From NCBI GenBank assembly GCA_944383405.1, contig CALWPL010000004.1:64276-128275 (forward strand): a stretch of DNA of 64,000 nucleotides, in the 5' to 3' direction. Below, one piece after another: positions 27,736 through 35,997 of this stretch. The notes under the pieces are model-generated. The model did no database searches and had not been told where the DNA came from. It saw only the letters and a program-made list of their open reading frames with translations. Numbering within the stretch: position 1 is the first letter of the stretch; each line of letters starts with the position of its first letter. The DNA comes from an uncultured Clostridia bacterium. GTDB lineage: Bacteria > Bacillota > Clostridia > Christensenellales > UBA1242. The position numbers and the translations under genes are program-made.

Positions 27736-29488
27736 ACTTTATATCTACTTTTATATGAACATCACTTAACTGTTTATCAGTTACAACACTTGGAGCCCCC
27801 ATCAATGGGTCTTGTGCCGATTTATTCATTGGGAAAGCAACAACTTCTTTAATGCTCGTTTCATCGCACAAGAACATTAAAAGTCTATCAAATCCTATTG
27901 CAGCCCCTGCGTGTGGAGGAGCACCATATTTAAATGCATTGAATAGTGCAGGAAATTTATTTTCAACGACTTCCCTTGGGTATCCGGCAAGACGGAAAGC
28001 TTCCACCATAATTTCCCTACTGTGATTTCTAACAGCACCACTTGCAAGTTCTACTCCATTTAGAACTAAGTCGTATTGATATGCTACAATCTCAAAAGGA
28101 TTTTTATCTTTAAGCGCAGACATGCCTCCCTGTGGCATAGAAAAAGGATTATGTGAAAAAGCAACATTACCATCATCGTCTTTTTCATAAAAAGGAAAGT
28201 CAACTATAAAACAAGGCTTAAAGCAAGTTTTATCAATTAAATCAAGTTTTTCCCCGAGTTCATTTCTAAGATACCCTGCATATTTAAGAGCCTTATCTTT
28301 ACTCTCATCAGATATAATAAAAATAGTGTCTCCTGCTTCCATATTTGTTTTTAATTTTAAAGCATTTATATCATCTGATGAAAAATATTTTGATGCAGGT
28401 CCATTTACATTTTCACCATCATATTTTAAATAAACAAGTCCACCAGCCCCTTGCAAACGAACAAAATTTGTTAAAGCATCAAAAAATCTTCTACCCATTT
28501 CGTTTGCCTTTGCTTTCAATGCAAAAATATATTTATTTGTAAACACTGAAAAAGTATGTTTTGTAAATTCATTTGTTAAATCAATTAGTTTTAATGGATT
28601 TCTAAGGTCAGGCTTATCTGACCCATACATTTCCATTGCATCTTTAAACTTTATTCTAACAAAAGGTGGCTTATCTACTTGTAGTTTAGTAAAATGAGTT
28701 AAAGTATTATAAAGAACAGTTTGCAAAACTTCTAAAATATCGTCTTGTGATAAAAAACTTCCCTCAAAATCAAGTTGGTAAAATTCGGTAGGACTTCTAT
28801 CTGCTCTTGCATCTTCATCTCTAAAACAAGGGGCAATTTGAAAATATCTTGTAAACCCACTAATCATTAATAATTGCTTAAAAATTTGTGGACTTTGTGG
28901 TAAGGCATAAAACATCCCAGCATTAATTCTACTTGGGACTAAATAATCTCTTGCTCCCTCAGGACTTGAAGATGTTAAAATTGGAGTTTGAATTTCCATA
29001 AATTCTAAGTCATTCATTTGTTGTCTAATAAATTTTAATAATTCAGCACGCAAGCAAATATTCAACATGTTCTTTTCATTTCTCAAATCAAGGTACCTAT
29101 ATTTTAGCCTAGTATTTTCGTTCTGTTCCCTTGCCTTCAAAATTTCAAATGGTAATACTTCTTCGCAAGCACCAAGAATTTCAAGACTGCTTGCTACAAT
29201 CTCGATTTCCCCAGTTTTCATTTCTGTATTTATGTTTTTTTCTCCCCTTGACCTAACAAGACCTTTTATTGTTACAGTACTTTCCCTTGTCAAGTTTTGC
29301 ACCAACTTATCATCCTCAATAAACACCTGAACAATCCCAGTTTGATCTCTTAATGTCAAAAAAGTTAGACTTCCCATCTTTCTTATATTATTAACCCAAC
29401 CAGCAACTCTGACTTCTGCTCCTATATGCTTGCTGGTTAATGTTCCACACATATGACTTCTATAAATATTGTTCTTTAAACTTATCAT
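27734..29488 (-). CDS. aspS: aspartate--tRNA ligase (bacterial type)
   Basis: 584 aa. It has an OB-fold N-terminus, class II motifs (FRDEDARADRSPEF-like: CFRDEDARADRSPTEFYQLD; GFDRLLMF) and a GAD insertion domain. GGGGA SD upstream. Confidence 0.95.
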   Translation of the reverse strand: MISLKNNIYRSHMCGTLTSKHIGAEVRVAGWVNNIRKMGSLTFLTLRDQTGIVQVFIEDDKLVQNLTRESTVTIKGLVRSRGEKNINTEMKTGEIEIVASSLEILGACEEVLPFEILKAREQNENTRLKYRYLDLRNEKNMLNICLRAELLKFIRQQMNDLEFMEIQTPILTSSSPEGARDYLVPSRINAGMFYALPQSPQIFKQLLMISGFTRYFQIAPCFRDEDARADRSPTEFYQLDFEGSFLSQDDILEVLQTVLYNTLTHFTKLQVDKPPFVRIKFKDAMEMYGSDKPDLRNPLKLIDLTNEFTKHTFSVFTNKYIFALKAKANEMGRRFFDALTNFVRLQGAGGLVYLKYDGENVNGPASKYFSSDDINALKLKTNMEAGDTIFIISDESKDKALKYAGYLRNELGEKLDLIDKTCFKPCFIVDFPFYEKDDDGNVAFSHNPFSMPQGGMSALKDKNPFEIVAYQYDLVLNGVELASGAVRNHSREIMVEAFRLAGYPREVVENKFPALFNAFKYGAPPHAGAAIGFDRLLMFLCDETSIKEVVAFPMNKSAQDPLMGAPSVVTDKQLSDVHIKVDIK

Positions 29489-29520
29489 ACTTTTCCCCTT
29501 TGTTTATATCCTGTTCTTTG

Positions 29521-29549
29521 ATTATACTAGCAAATCTTTTTTTTGTAAA
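29521..29549 (-). promoter_or_regulatory. sigma-A promoter for aspS
   Basis: On the minus strand: TTTACA (29549-29544), 17 nt spacer, TATAAT (29526-29521). No T-box elements lie between it and aspS. Confidence 0.6.
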
Positions 29550-29600
29550 CCTAAAACATTTAAATTTTGGTGCAAAATGACAATAATATGTAAGTGCATA

Positions 29601-29629
29601 TTGACAAAATGTCATATTAGTTATATAAT
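29601..29629 (+). promoter_or_regulatory. perfect consensus sigma-A promoter for the 29688 gene
   Basis: TTGACA (29601-29606), exactly 17 nt spacer, TATAAT (29624-29629). It is divergent from the aspS promoter. Confidence 0.75.
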
Positions 29630-29687
29630 TTGTACAACAAAAATAAATGTTAACTAGAAAACACATAATATAAAAAGGGGTGTAAAA

Positions 29688-30731
29688 ATGGGTAAAAATA
29701 AGAAAAATCTTTTTTCTTGGAAAAGAAAAGTGAAATCAAAAATAAATGTTGGAATTGGAATTGTTGTTGGTGCCGCAATCACTATTCCTGTCGTTTTATT
29801 ATGCGGGCGATTATATACAGCACAACCAGAACAAACTAATAGCAACTCAAATCAAAATGCTCAGGTCCAAACAATTACAAATGAAGATATAAACAAAATT
29901 TCAACTGATAATCCAAATGAAATTGTTGTTGAAAACACAACAGAAGTTACAGAAGGTACAGAAAAAGATACCGTGAACCCTATTGTTGCCCACTTTGAAG
30001 ACCAAGCAGCACAACAAAACAATCAGTCAAGTGAAAGCACAAATAATCAATCAAATGAAGGAACAGATGTTCAATCAAGTGAAAAAACGGATAATCAGTC
30101 AAATGAAAATACAGCCCCAACCACACCTACAACAAAAAATAGTGGTGCTTCCTATGCAATTGGCGGTGGTGCCGTTTCTGATAAAAATTCAACAATTATT
30201 GGTGGTAGTTTTGGTGCTAGTTATGACACTGGTTCTTCAATCTACTCTGGAAGGCTTGGTGTTGACCAAGAAATTCAACATGATAAATCAAAACAAAACA
30301 TTACAAGTATTAACGCTGGAATTAACGGAGAGTGGCAACTAAATGAAAACAATTCCTTAGGGGCAGGCTTATATGGAGACCTAAATATAGGAAATGAAAA
30401 TGGTGCTCTTGGTGGTACTGCCGGAGCAGAATTAACTCATAAAGTAAATTTTGAGAATGGAGGCAACCTTACAACAGGAGTTTTCGCCGAATATAATTCA
30501 CAGGATGGTGCAAAGGGTGGCGTAACATTTACTTATGGATTTGGTGCTAATGGAAATACTAACTTATCTAAGACTTCAGCTAGTGATTTTAGAAATAAGG
30601 ACTACCATATTGTAGATGGCACAAAACATCAAGATACTCCTAACCAACCTTCTACTAACCCAGATATAAATCACGATACAAATAATACTAATGGCCCAAA
30701 TAGACCTAATGAGCCAGAACTTACAAAATAA
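29688..30731 (+). CDS. secreted or membrane-anchored protein with Gly-rich amphipathic beta-strand C-terminal domain, function unknown
   Basis: 347 aa with an AAGGGG SD. It has a basic N-terminus plus hydrophobic segment (INVGIGIVVGAAITIPVVLLCG) and a Q/N/S/E-rich linker with imperfect NQS-NE-T repeats. About 8 alternating-polarity strands (ASYAIGGGAVS ... GVTFTYGFG) follow. A strong promoter and terminator flank it. Confidence 0.7.
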   Translation: MGKNKKNLFSWKRKVKSKINVGIGIVVGAAITIPVVLLCGRLYTAQPEQTNSNSNQNAQVQTITNEDINKISTDNPNEIVVENTTEVTEGTEKDTVNPIVAHFEDQAAQQNNQSSESTNNQSNEGTDVQSSEKTDNQSNENTAPTTPTTKNSGASYAIGGGAVSDKNSTIIGGSFGASYDTGSSIYSGRLGVDQEIQHDKSKQNITSINAGINGEWQLNENNSLGAGLYGDLNIGNENGALGGTAGAELTHKVNFENGGNLTTGVFAEYNSQDGAKGGVTFTYGFGANGNTNLSKTSASDFRNKDYHIVDGTKHQDTPNQPSTNPDINHDTNNTNGPNRPNEPELTK

Positions 30732-30737
30732 TATAGT

Positions 30738-30767
30738 AAAACAGGGATTAATCTTCCCTGTTTTTTG
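30738..30767 (+). terminator. intrinsic terminator
   Basis: CAGGGA-ttaatct-TCCCTG followed by T6. Confidence 0.85.
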
Positions 30768-30792
30768 TTTTATATTCGGCATTTAACTTTTA

Positions 30793-30812
30793 ACTTTGTC
30801 ATATGACAAAGT
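30793..30812. repeat. perfect 20-bp palindrome ACTTTGTCATATGACAAAGT
   Basis: Read directly; both 10-nt arms are exact complements. A further TTGTCA lies 15 bp downstream (30824-30829). It sits between two convergent gene ends. Confidence 0.9.
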
Positions 30813-30961
30813 ACTTACAATGATTGTCAATTTAAAATAAAGATTTTATTATGTTTTAAAGAAAAGTTTTATCCTTTAAATCTATAAAACACCCTTTTAA
30901 AAACTTTACAAAAATAGTAAAGGTTTTTTAGGTTAAAATATATTTTTTGTATTAATTTTAT

Positions 30962-31612
30962 CTATATACCATCACTCGGAGTATACTTTGTTTTAAATCC
31001 TTTATTTTCTTCCGGTCTAAATGCATTAGGAAAACTAATATCTGTTTTAATATCATTGATTATTTTTTGAAGTTGATTTGTTATAAAATATGGGTCAGAA
31101 ATATCGTATAAAACCGTGGCCTCAAATTTTCCAGTTATATAAATATCTCCCACTTTTAACATTCTATCAACAAGTCCAACTCGAAGATTGACATTTTGTA
31201 TATCAGCATAATACAAGTTTTTAATGTCAATAAAAATTCCTGTGCGAACTATTATTCTTTTATTTGTAAAGCAATATTCAATGTTTTTATATTGTTTCCA
31301 TGCAGTTATAACATTACTAATCCAAAACCACACAGGCATAAGATGAATTAAGAAAAAGATAACAATTATAATTGAAACCACAACAGGTATTTCTTGAAAA
31401 ATATTCATAGAAATTATCATGTAAATAAAAAACCCATCAAATAACAACCAAATTATCACAAATGGCAACAAACCTAAAAATTTCGACAATATGAAAGCCG
31501 ATTTCTTAGGCTTACCACGCCAAAGTATTTGCTCATTGCTGTCAATAAGGTCATCAATATTATTATTTTTCATACTATCATTTTGAAAGTATTTTTCATT
31601 ATATTTTGCCAT
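30962..31612 (-). CDS. membrane protein with bacterial PH domain (bPH_2/DUF304, YdbS/YdbT-like)
   Basis: ILWRGKPKKSAF, then two TM helices, then YCFTNKRIIVRTG...ADIQNVNLRVGLVDRMLKVGDIYI. The ATG at 31612 has a TGGAGAG SD; the ORF track start at 31639 is upstream. Confidence 0.7.
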   Translation of the reverse strand: MAKYNEKYFQNDSMKNNNIDDLIDSNEQILWRGKPKKSAFILSKFLGLLPFVIIWLLFDGFFIYMIISMNIFQEIPVVVSIIIVIFFLIHLMPVWFWISNVITAWKQYKNIEYCFTNKRIIVRTGIFIDIKNLYYADIQNVNLRVGLVDRMLKVGDIYITGKFEATVLYDISDPYFITNQLQKIINDIKTDISFPNAFRPEENKGFKTKYTPSDGI

Positions 31613-31888
31613 ATTCTCTCCAATTATTATTAATAACATATCACATTAATTAAAAATTGTCTAAAAGTATTTAACAAAAATATCAAAGGTAAAACCACAA
31701 TAAAAACTCTCTTCCAATTATAATTTTTTTTAAAAATCTAAAAAACATTTATTATGAAATTTTTACAATAGTTACTGCTAAAATTTTTTTAAAATTATAT
31801 TAATCTACTTTTTGGAACTAACACAAGAAAAATACTTTTTAATATATATATAGTTTTTATTCTAATTTCAAAATAATAGAGCTCTTTT

Positions 31889-33106
31889 TTACCTTTTTTG
31901 AAGATAGTCATTTAAAGCAAGTTTTACATGTTCATAAGTTAAGCCGCCTTGAATATATAATACATAAGGCTTTTTAAGTGGGCTATCACAACTTAGTTCT
32001 ATTGTACTTCCCTGCACAAAACATCCGGCTGCCATTATAATATCATTATCATACCCTGCCATTGGACTTGGAATTGGAGTAACATAACTATCAACAGGCG
32101 ACATATGTTGTACTGATTGACAAAAACTAATTAAATCATCTCTATCTTCAAAATAAATTGACCTAACAATATCTGCCATATCATTTGAATCGTCAACTAG
32201 TTTATATCCAAGATTTTTCATTACTTTACCAATAAGCATTGAACCTTTCTTTGCTTGTAAAACAGTATGTGGAGACACAAAAAGTCCTTGATACATAAGT
32301 CTATATCCATTTTCAAAAGAACCAACTTCTGTTTTAATTGAAGGAGATGTAAATCTACCCGCTATTAAATCAATATACTTTTTCTTGCCTGCAATATATC
32401 CCCCATTTGACACAAGTCCGCCACCTGGATTTTTAATAAGAGAACCTGCTGTTACATCTGCACCGACTTCTGTTGGCTCTTTTTCTTCAACAAACTCGCA
32501 ATAGCAGTTATCTACCATAATGATACTTGTCTTGTTAACTTCTCTTATCTTTTTAATTATGTCTTCAAGTTGTTTTACTCTAATGGCCTTCCTTAGCAAA
32601 TATCCACATGAACGCTGTATATATATCATTTTTGGGTTCTCTTTAACTGCTTCAAGTATTTTTTCTTCATCAAAAGACCCATTTTTCAATTCAACTGCAC
32701 GGTAAATCACCCCAAAATCTTTTAAACTACCATTATCTTCTCCTTCCATACCAAAAATAGTTTGGTCAAGAGTATCATAAGGCTTGCCCGTTATTGCTAG
32801 CATAACATCTCCTGGTCTAAGCAAACCATACAAAACAGTAGTTAAAGCCTCAGTCCCACATGAGATTGCTTGTGAAACGATAGCGGCTTCTGCTCCAAAA
32901 CTATCTGCAAACACTTTTGCAAGTTTTTCACGACCCAAGTCGTCAAATCCATACCCTGTTGACCCATAAAAATGATTAGCCGAAATTCTATTATTTCTAA
33001 ACGCCTGTAAAATTTTATTTGAATTGTTTAGAGCAATTTCTTCGGCTCTTTTAAAGTCCTGTTCTAATTCTTTTTCCGCTTGTGTAATTCTTTCATCTAT
33101 TTTCAT
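31889..33106 (-). CDS. ynbB: PLP-dependent methionine gamma-lyase family protein (aluminium-resistance/YnbB family)
   Basis: 405 aa with HFYGSTGYGFDDLGREKLAKVFADSFGAEAAIV and SLIKNPGGG, as I recall for PF06838 proteins. It follows miaA. Confidence 0.7.
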   Translation of the reverse strand: MKIDERITQAEKELEQDFKRAEEIALNNSNKILQAFRNNRISANHFYGSTGYGFDDLGREKLAKVFADSFGAEAAIVSQAISCGTEALTTVLYGLLRPGDVMLAITGKPYDTLDQTIFGMEGEDNGSLKDFGVIYRAVELKNGSFDEEKILEAVKENPKMIYIQRSCGYLLRKAIRVKQLEDIIKKIREVNKTSIIMVDNCYCEFVEEKEPTEVGADVTAGSLIKNPGGGLVSNGGYIAGKKKYIDLIAGRFTSPSIKTEVGSFENGYRLMYQGLFVSPHTVLQAKKGSMLIGKVMKNLGYKLVDDSNDMADIVRSIYFEDRDDLISFCQSVQHMSPVDSYVTPIPSPMAGYDNDIIMAAGCFVQGSTIELSCDSPLKKPYVLYIQGGLTYEHVKLALNDYLQKR

Positions 33107-33107
33107 T

Positions 33108-34019
33108 TTATTTTTCTCCTAATTTTAATTTTATATAATCTAATGCTTTATCTTTCTCCTTTAAGATATCAAACCACATAACATTTGGCATACCCCTTAT
33201 AAAAGTTAATTGCCGTTTTGCGTAGTTCCTTGAATTCTTTTTTATAAGTTCTTTTATTTCATTAAGCGCTAAATCTCCATTAAAAAACTCTTTATAACCA
33301 ATAGCCTGCATACATTGACTTGATTTGTCCACTAACTTGTTTTTAATCAGTGTTTCTATCTCTTGAACAAGTCCGTTTTCAAACATTTTATCAACTCTTT
33401 CATCAATTCTTTTATACAAAATTGACCTATCCATATTTAATGCCACCAAAATATATTCAAACCGTGGACTTAAGCCTTCATTATTTTGTTGCGTTTTTGT
33501 TTTGCCTGTTGTTTCATAAATTTCAAGAGCCCTTATTACTCTTTTTGTGTCATTTATATGAATACGCTGGCAAGCGTCTTTGTCTTTTTTTAAAAGTAAA
33601 TTATATAAATATTCTTTGCCTTTTTCTTTAAGTAAAGCTGAATATTTATCTCTTATTTCTTGGCTCTTTGGAGACTCGCAAAAAGAATAAGGAAATATTA
33701 ATGATTTTATATAAAGCCCTGTTCCGCCAACTATAATTGGTAATTTCCCTTGTGCTTTTATCTGTTCAATAAGTTTCAAAGCATTATCTACAAACTGTTG
33801 CACGCTATATTCTTTATCTAAATCAACAAAATCTATTAAATGATGTTTAGCCTGAGATAATTCTTCTTTTGTAGGTTTTGCAGTCCCGATGTTAAGGTCT
33901 TTATAAATTTGCATTGAATCAGCAGAGATTATCTCCCCATTAAATTTTTTTGCACATTCTATCGCAAACTCAGTTTTTCCACTCGCAGTTGGGCCAGTTA
34001 TAATTAATACCTTGTCCAC
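33108..34019 (-). CDS. miaA: tRNA dimethylallyltransferase
   Basis: P-loop GPTASGKT, SADSMQIYKDLNIGTAKP, RQLTF. Confidence 0.95.
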   Translation of the reverse strand: MDKVLIITGPTASGKTEFAIECAKKFNGEIISADSMQIYKDLNIGTAKPTKEELSQAKHHLIDFVDLDKEYSVQQFVDNALKLIEQIKAQGKLPIIVGGTGLYIKSLIFPYSFCESPKSQEIRDKYSALLKEKGKEYLYNLLLKKDKDACQRIHINDTKRVIRALEIYETTGKTKTQQNNEGLSPRFEYILVALNMDRSILYKRIDERVDKMFENGLVQEIETLIKNKLVDKSSQCMQAIGYKEFFNGDLALNEIKELIKKNSRNYAKRQLTFIRGMPNVMWFDILKEKDKALDYIKLKLGEK

Positions 34020-35987
34020 TTAAACCACCCTCTTAAACATTTTCTCTATTTCATACTTTGTCATTTTTACACAAATTGGTCTTCCATGCGGACAAAGTAG
34101 AATTCTGTTTTCAACCATAATTTGCTTTAATAAAATCTTAATTTCTTCCGCACCTAATTGGTCTCCACTTTTTATAGCAGACCTGCAAGCACTTCTTGCC
34201 AGCCTATTTTTAATCTCATCATTAGTTTTAGATATTTTAGTTGGCTCTTTTAGGCAATCTCTAATAAAGCGAGCAAGGTCAATCCCAGATAATATATGCG
34301 GTATTGAATTTATTTTATATGAATAATTCCCAAAAGCATCTATATTAAATCCTAAGTTATTAAAAATATCAATATTTTCTTCAATTAAATTCTTTTCAAC
34401 CGGATTAACATCAAAAACAAATGGAACAAGCAAGTCTTGCCTTATAACTTTTTTCTTATCATAATCTTCAAGTAACTTATCATATAATATTCTTTCATGT
34501 CCAGCATGTTGGTCTATTAAATAACAGTTTTCCCCTGATTCAATAATTAAATAAGTACTAAATAAGGTGCCGACTATATTATAGAAAATTTCTTGCATTT
34601 TTTGCTGTTCATTTAAAAATCTTTCTTCATATATGAACGACTCTTTGAGTGGATTAACATTTAAATTTTCTTTTGAAAAGAAATTAAACTCCATTCTTTC
34701 CTTTTGAGATAGAGAGTCAAGCAAGCATTTTTCACTATCTTCATGATATTTTTTTTCTTCTTTGTTGTTTTCTTTATTTTCAGTACTTGGAATAAAGGTT
34801 GAATGTAATGTCCCGTTTTCTTCCTGCTTATAATTTGGTAAACTTACACTAATGTTTCCTAGTTCATTTTTTATATTTTGCATATCTCCAAAACTAAACC
34901 CGCCAGTAACTTCCTTTAATAGTGGCTTGTCATGGAATTTTGGAGCACTTTGTTCAAATAGGGATAAATCTCCACTATCAATTAAACTCTTTGCTGAGTT
35001 GCTTTCATTTAAAGTTTCCAAAACTGAAGAATAAATAAATTCATATATTTTTCTTGATTCTCTAAATTTTACATCCATTTTGCTAGGGTGTACATTGACA
35101 TCAATATCCACGCTTGGCAGAGTTAAATTAAGTACAAACAAAGGAAATTTACCTTTCATTAAAAAATTTTCATAGGCATTGGAAGCAGCAACTGAAACCA
35201 AATTGTTTGAAATATATCTGCCATTTACAATAAGCGTTTGATAGGTTCTATTTGCTTTACAAAATGAAGGATTTGAAATATAGCCTGACAATTTTAAGTC
35301 ATTTCTCTCATTTTTTATCTCAATTATGTTTTGGGCGGTTTCTTTACCATAGATTGTGAAGATTTTTTCTTTGAGTCCATTTAAAACAGAATTATAAACT
35401 AACTTACCATCAACTATATATTTAAACGAAACATTTGGATTTGCAAGCATTAAGCGATTAACAATATTTGTAACAGCATTTTCTTCTTGCTTTGTTGACT
35501 TTAAAAATTTTAATCTTGCAGGCGTATTAAAAAATAAATTTTTTACAGTAATTGTAGTTCCCGTTTTACAACTACATTCACTAATTTCTTGGTCTTTTCC
35601 ACCTGCAATTGTAACTCTACCGCCAATATCTATATCTTCTGTTTTAGAAATTATTTCTACTTGAGCAACAGATGCAATACTCGCAAGTGCCTCGCCCCTA
35701 AATCCAAGAGTATTGATATTTTCAAGGTCGCTTGCAAATAAAATTTTACTTGTCGAATGTGGCAAAAAAACTTTCTCTAAATCTAAAAATACAATTCCTG
35801 AACCATCATCTCTAACTTTGATTAATTTAACCCCGCCTTCTGCAATCTCAATACTTATAGATTTACTTCCAGCATCAAGAGAATTTTCAACTAATTCCTT
35901 TACCACTGACGCAGGGTTTTCCACTACTTCACCAGCAGAAATTCTATTGTAAACATCACTTGTTAAAACATGTATTCTCTTTGGCAT
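34020..35987 (-). CDS. mutL: DNA mismatch repair protein MutL
   Basis: GHKL ATPase N-terminus (VVKELVENSLDAG, GFRGEALASI) and C-terminal dimerisation domain (CPHGRP). Confidence 0.95.
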   Translation of the reverse strand: MPKRIHVLTSDVYNRISAGEVVENPASVVKELVENSLDAGSKSISIEIAEGGVKLIKVRDDGSGIVFLDLEKVFLPHSTSKILFASDLENINTLGFRGEALASIASVAQVEIISKTEDIDIGGRVTIAGGKDQEISECSCKTGTTITVKNLFFNTPARLKFLKSTKQEENAVTNIVNRLMLANPNVSFKYIVDGKLVYNSVLNGLKEKIFTIYGKETAQNIIEIKNERNDLKLSGYISNPSFCKANRTYQTLIVNGRYISNNLVSVAASNAYENFLMKGKFPLFVLNLTLPSVDIDVNVHPSKMDVKFRESRKIYEFIYSSVLETLNESNSAKSLIDSGDLSLFEQSAPKFHDKPLLKEVTGGFSFGDMQNIKNELGNISVSLPNYKQEENGTLHSTFIPSTENKENNKEEKKYHEDSEKCLLDSLSQKERMEFNFFSKENLNVNPLKESFIYEERFLNEQQKMQEIFYNIVGTLFSTYLIIESGENCYLIDQHAGHERILYDKLLEDYDKKKVIRQDLLVPFVFDVNPVEKNLIEENIDIFNNLGFNIDAFGNYSYKINSIPHILSGIDLARFIRDCLKEPTKISKTNDEIKNRLARSACRSAIKSGDQLGAEEIKILLKQIMVENRILLCPHGRPICVKMTKYEIEKMFKRVV

Positions 35988-35997
35988 TTTCTCTCCT

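Noticed and set aside
29460-29845. Two small minus-strand ORFs (68 and 63 aa) in and around the aspS / 29688 divergent promoter region
   Set aside because: They overlap two well-formed sigma-A promoters and the 5' end of the 29688 gene. They have no SD and a Cys/Phe-rich nonsense-like composition.
29983-30342. 119-aa same-strand, alternative-frame ORF inside the 29688 gene
   Set aside because: It has no SD, and the main frame has the promoter, SD and terminator logic. The alternative frame is a by-product of the CAA/AAT-rich linker.
30793-30812. The 20-bp palindrome as an intrinsic terminator for either convergent gene
   Set aside because: It has no loop and no flanking U-tract. The plus-strand gene already has a strong terminator at 30738-30767.
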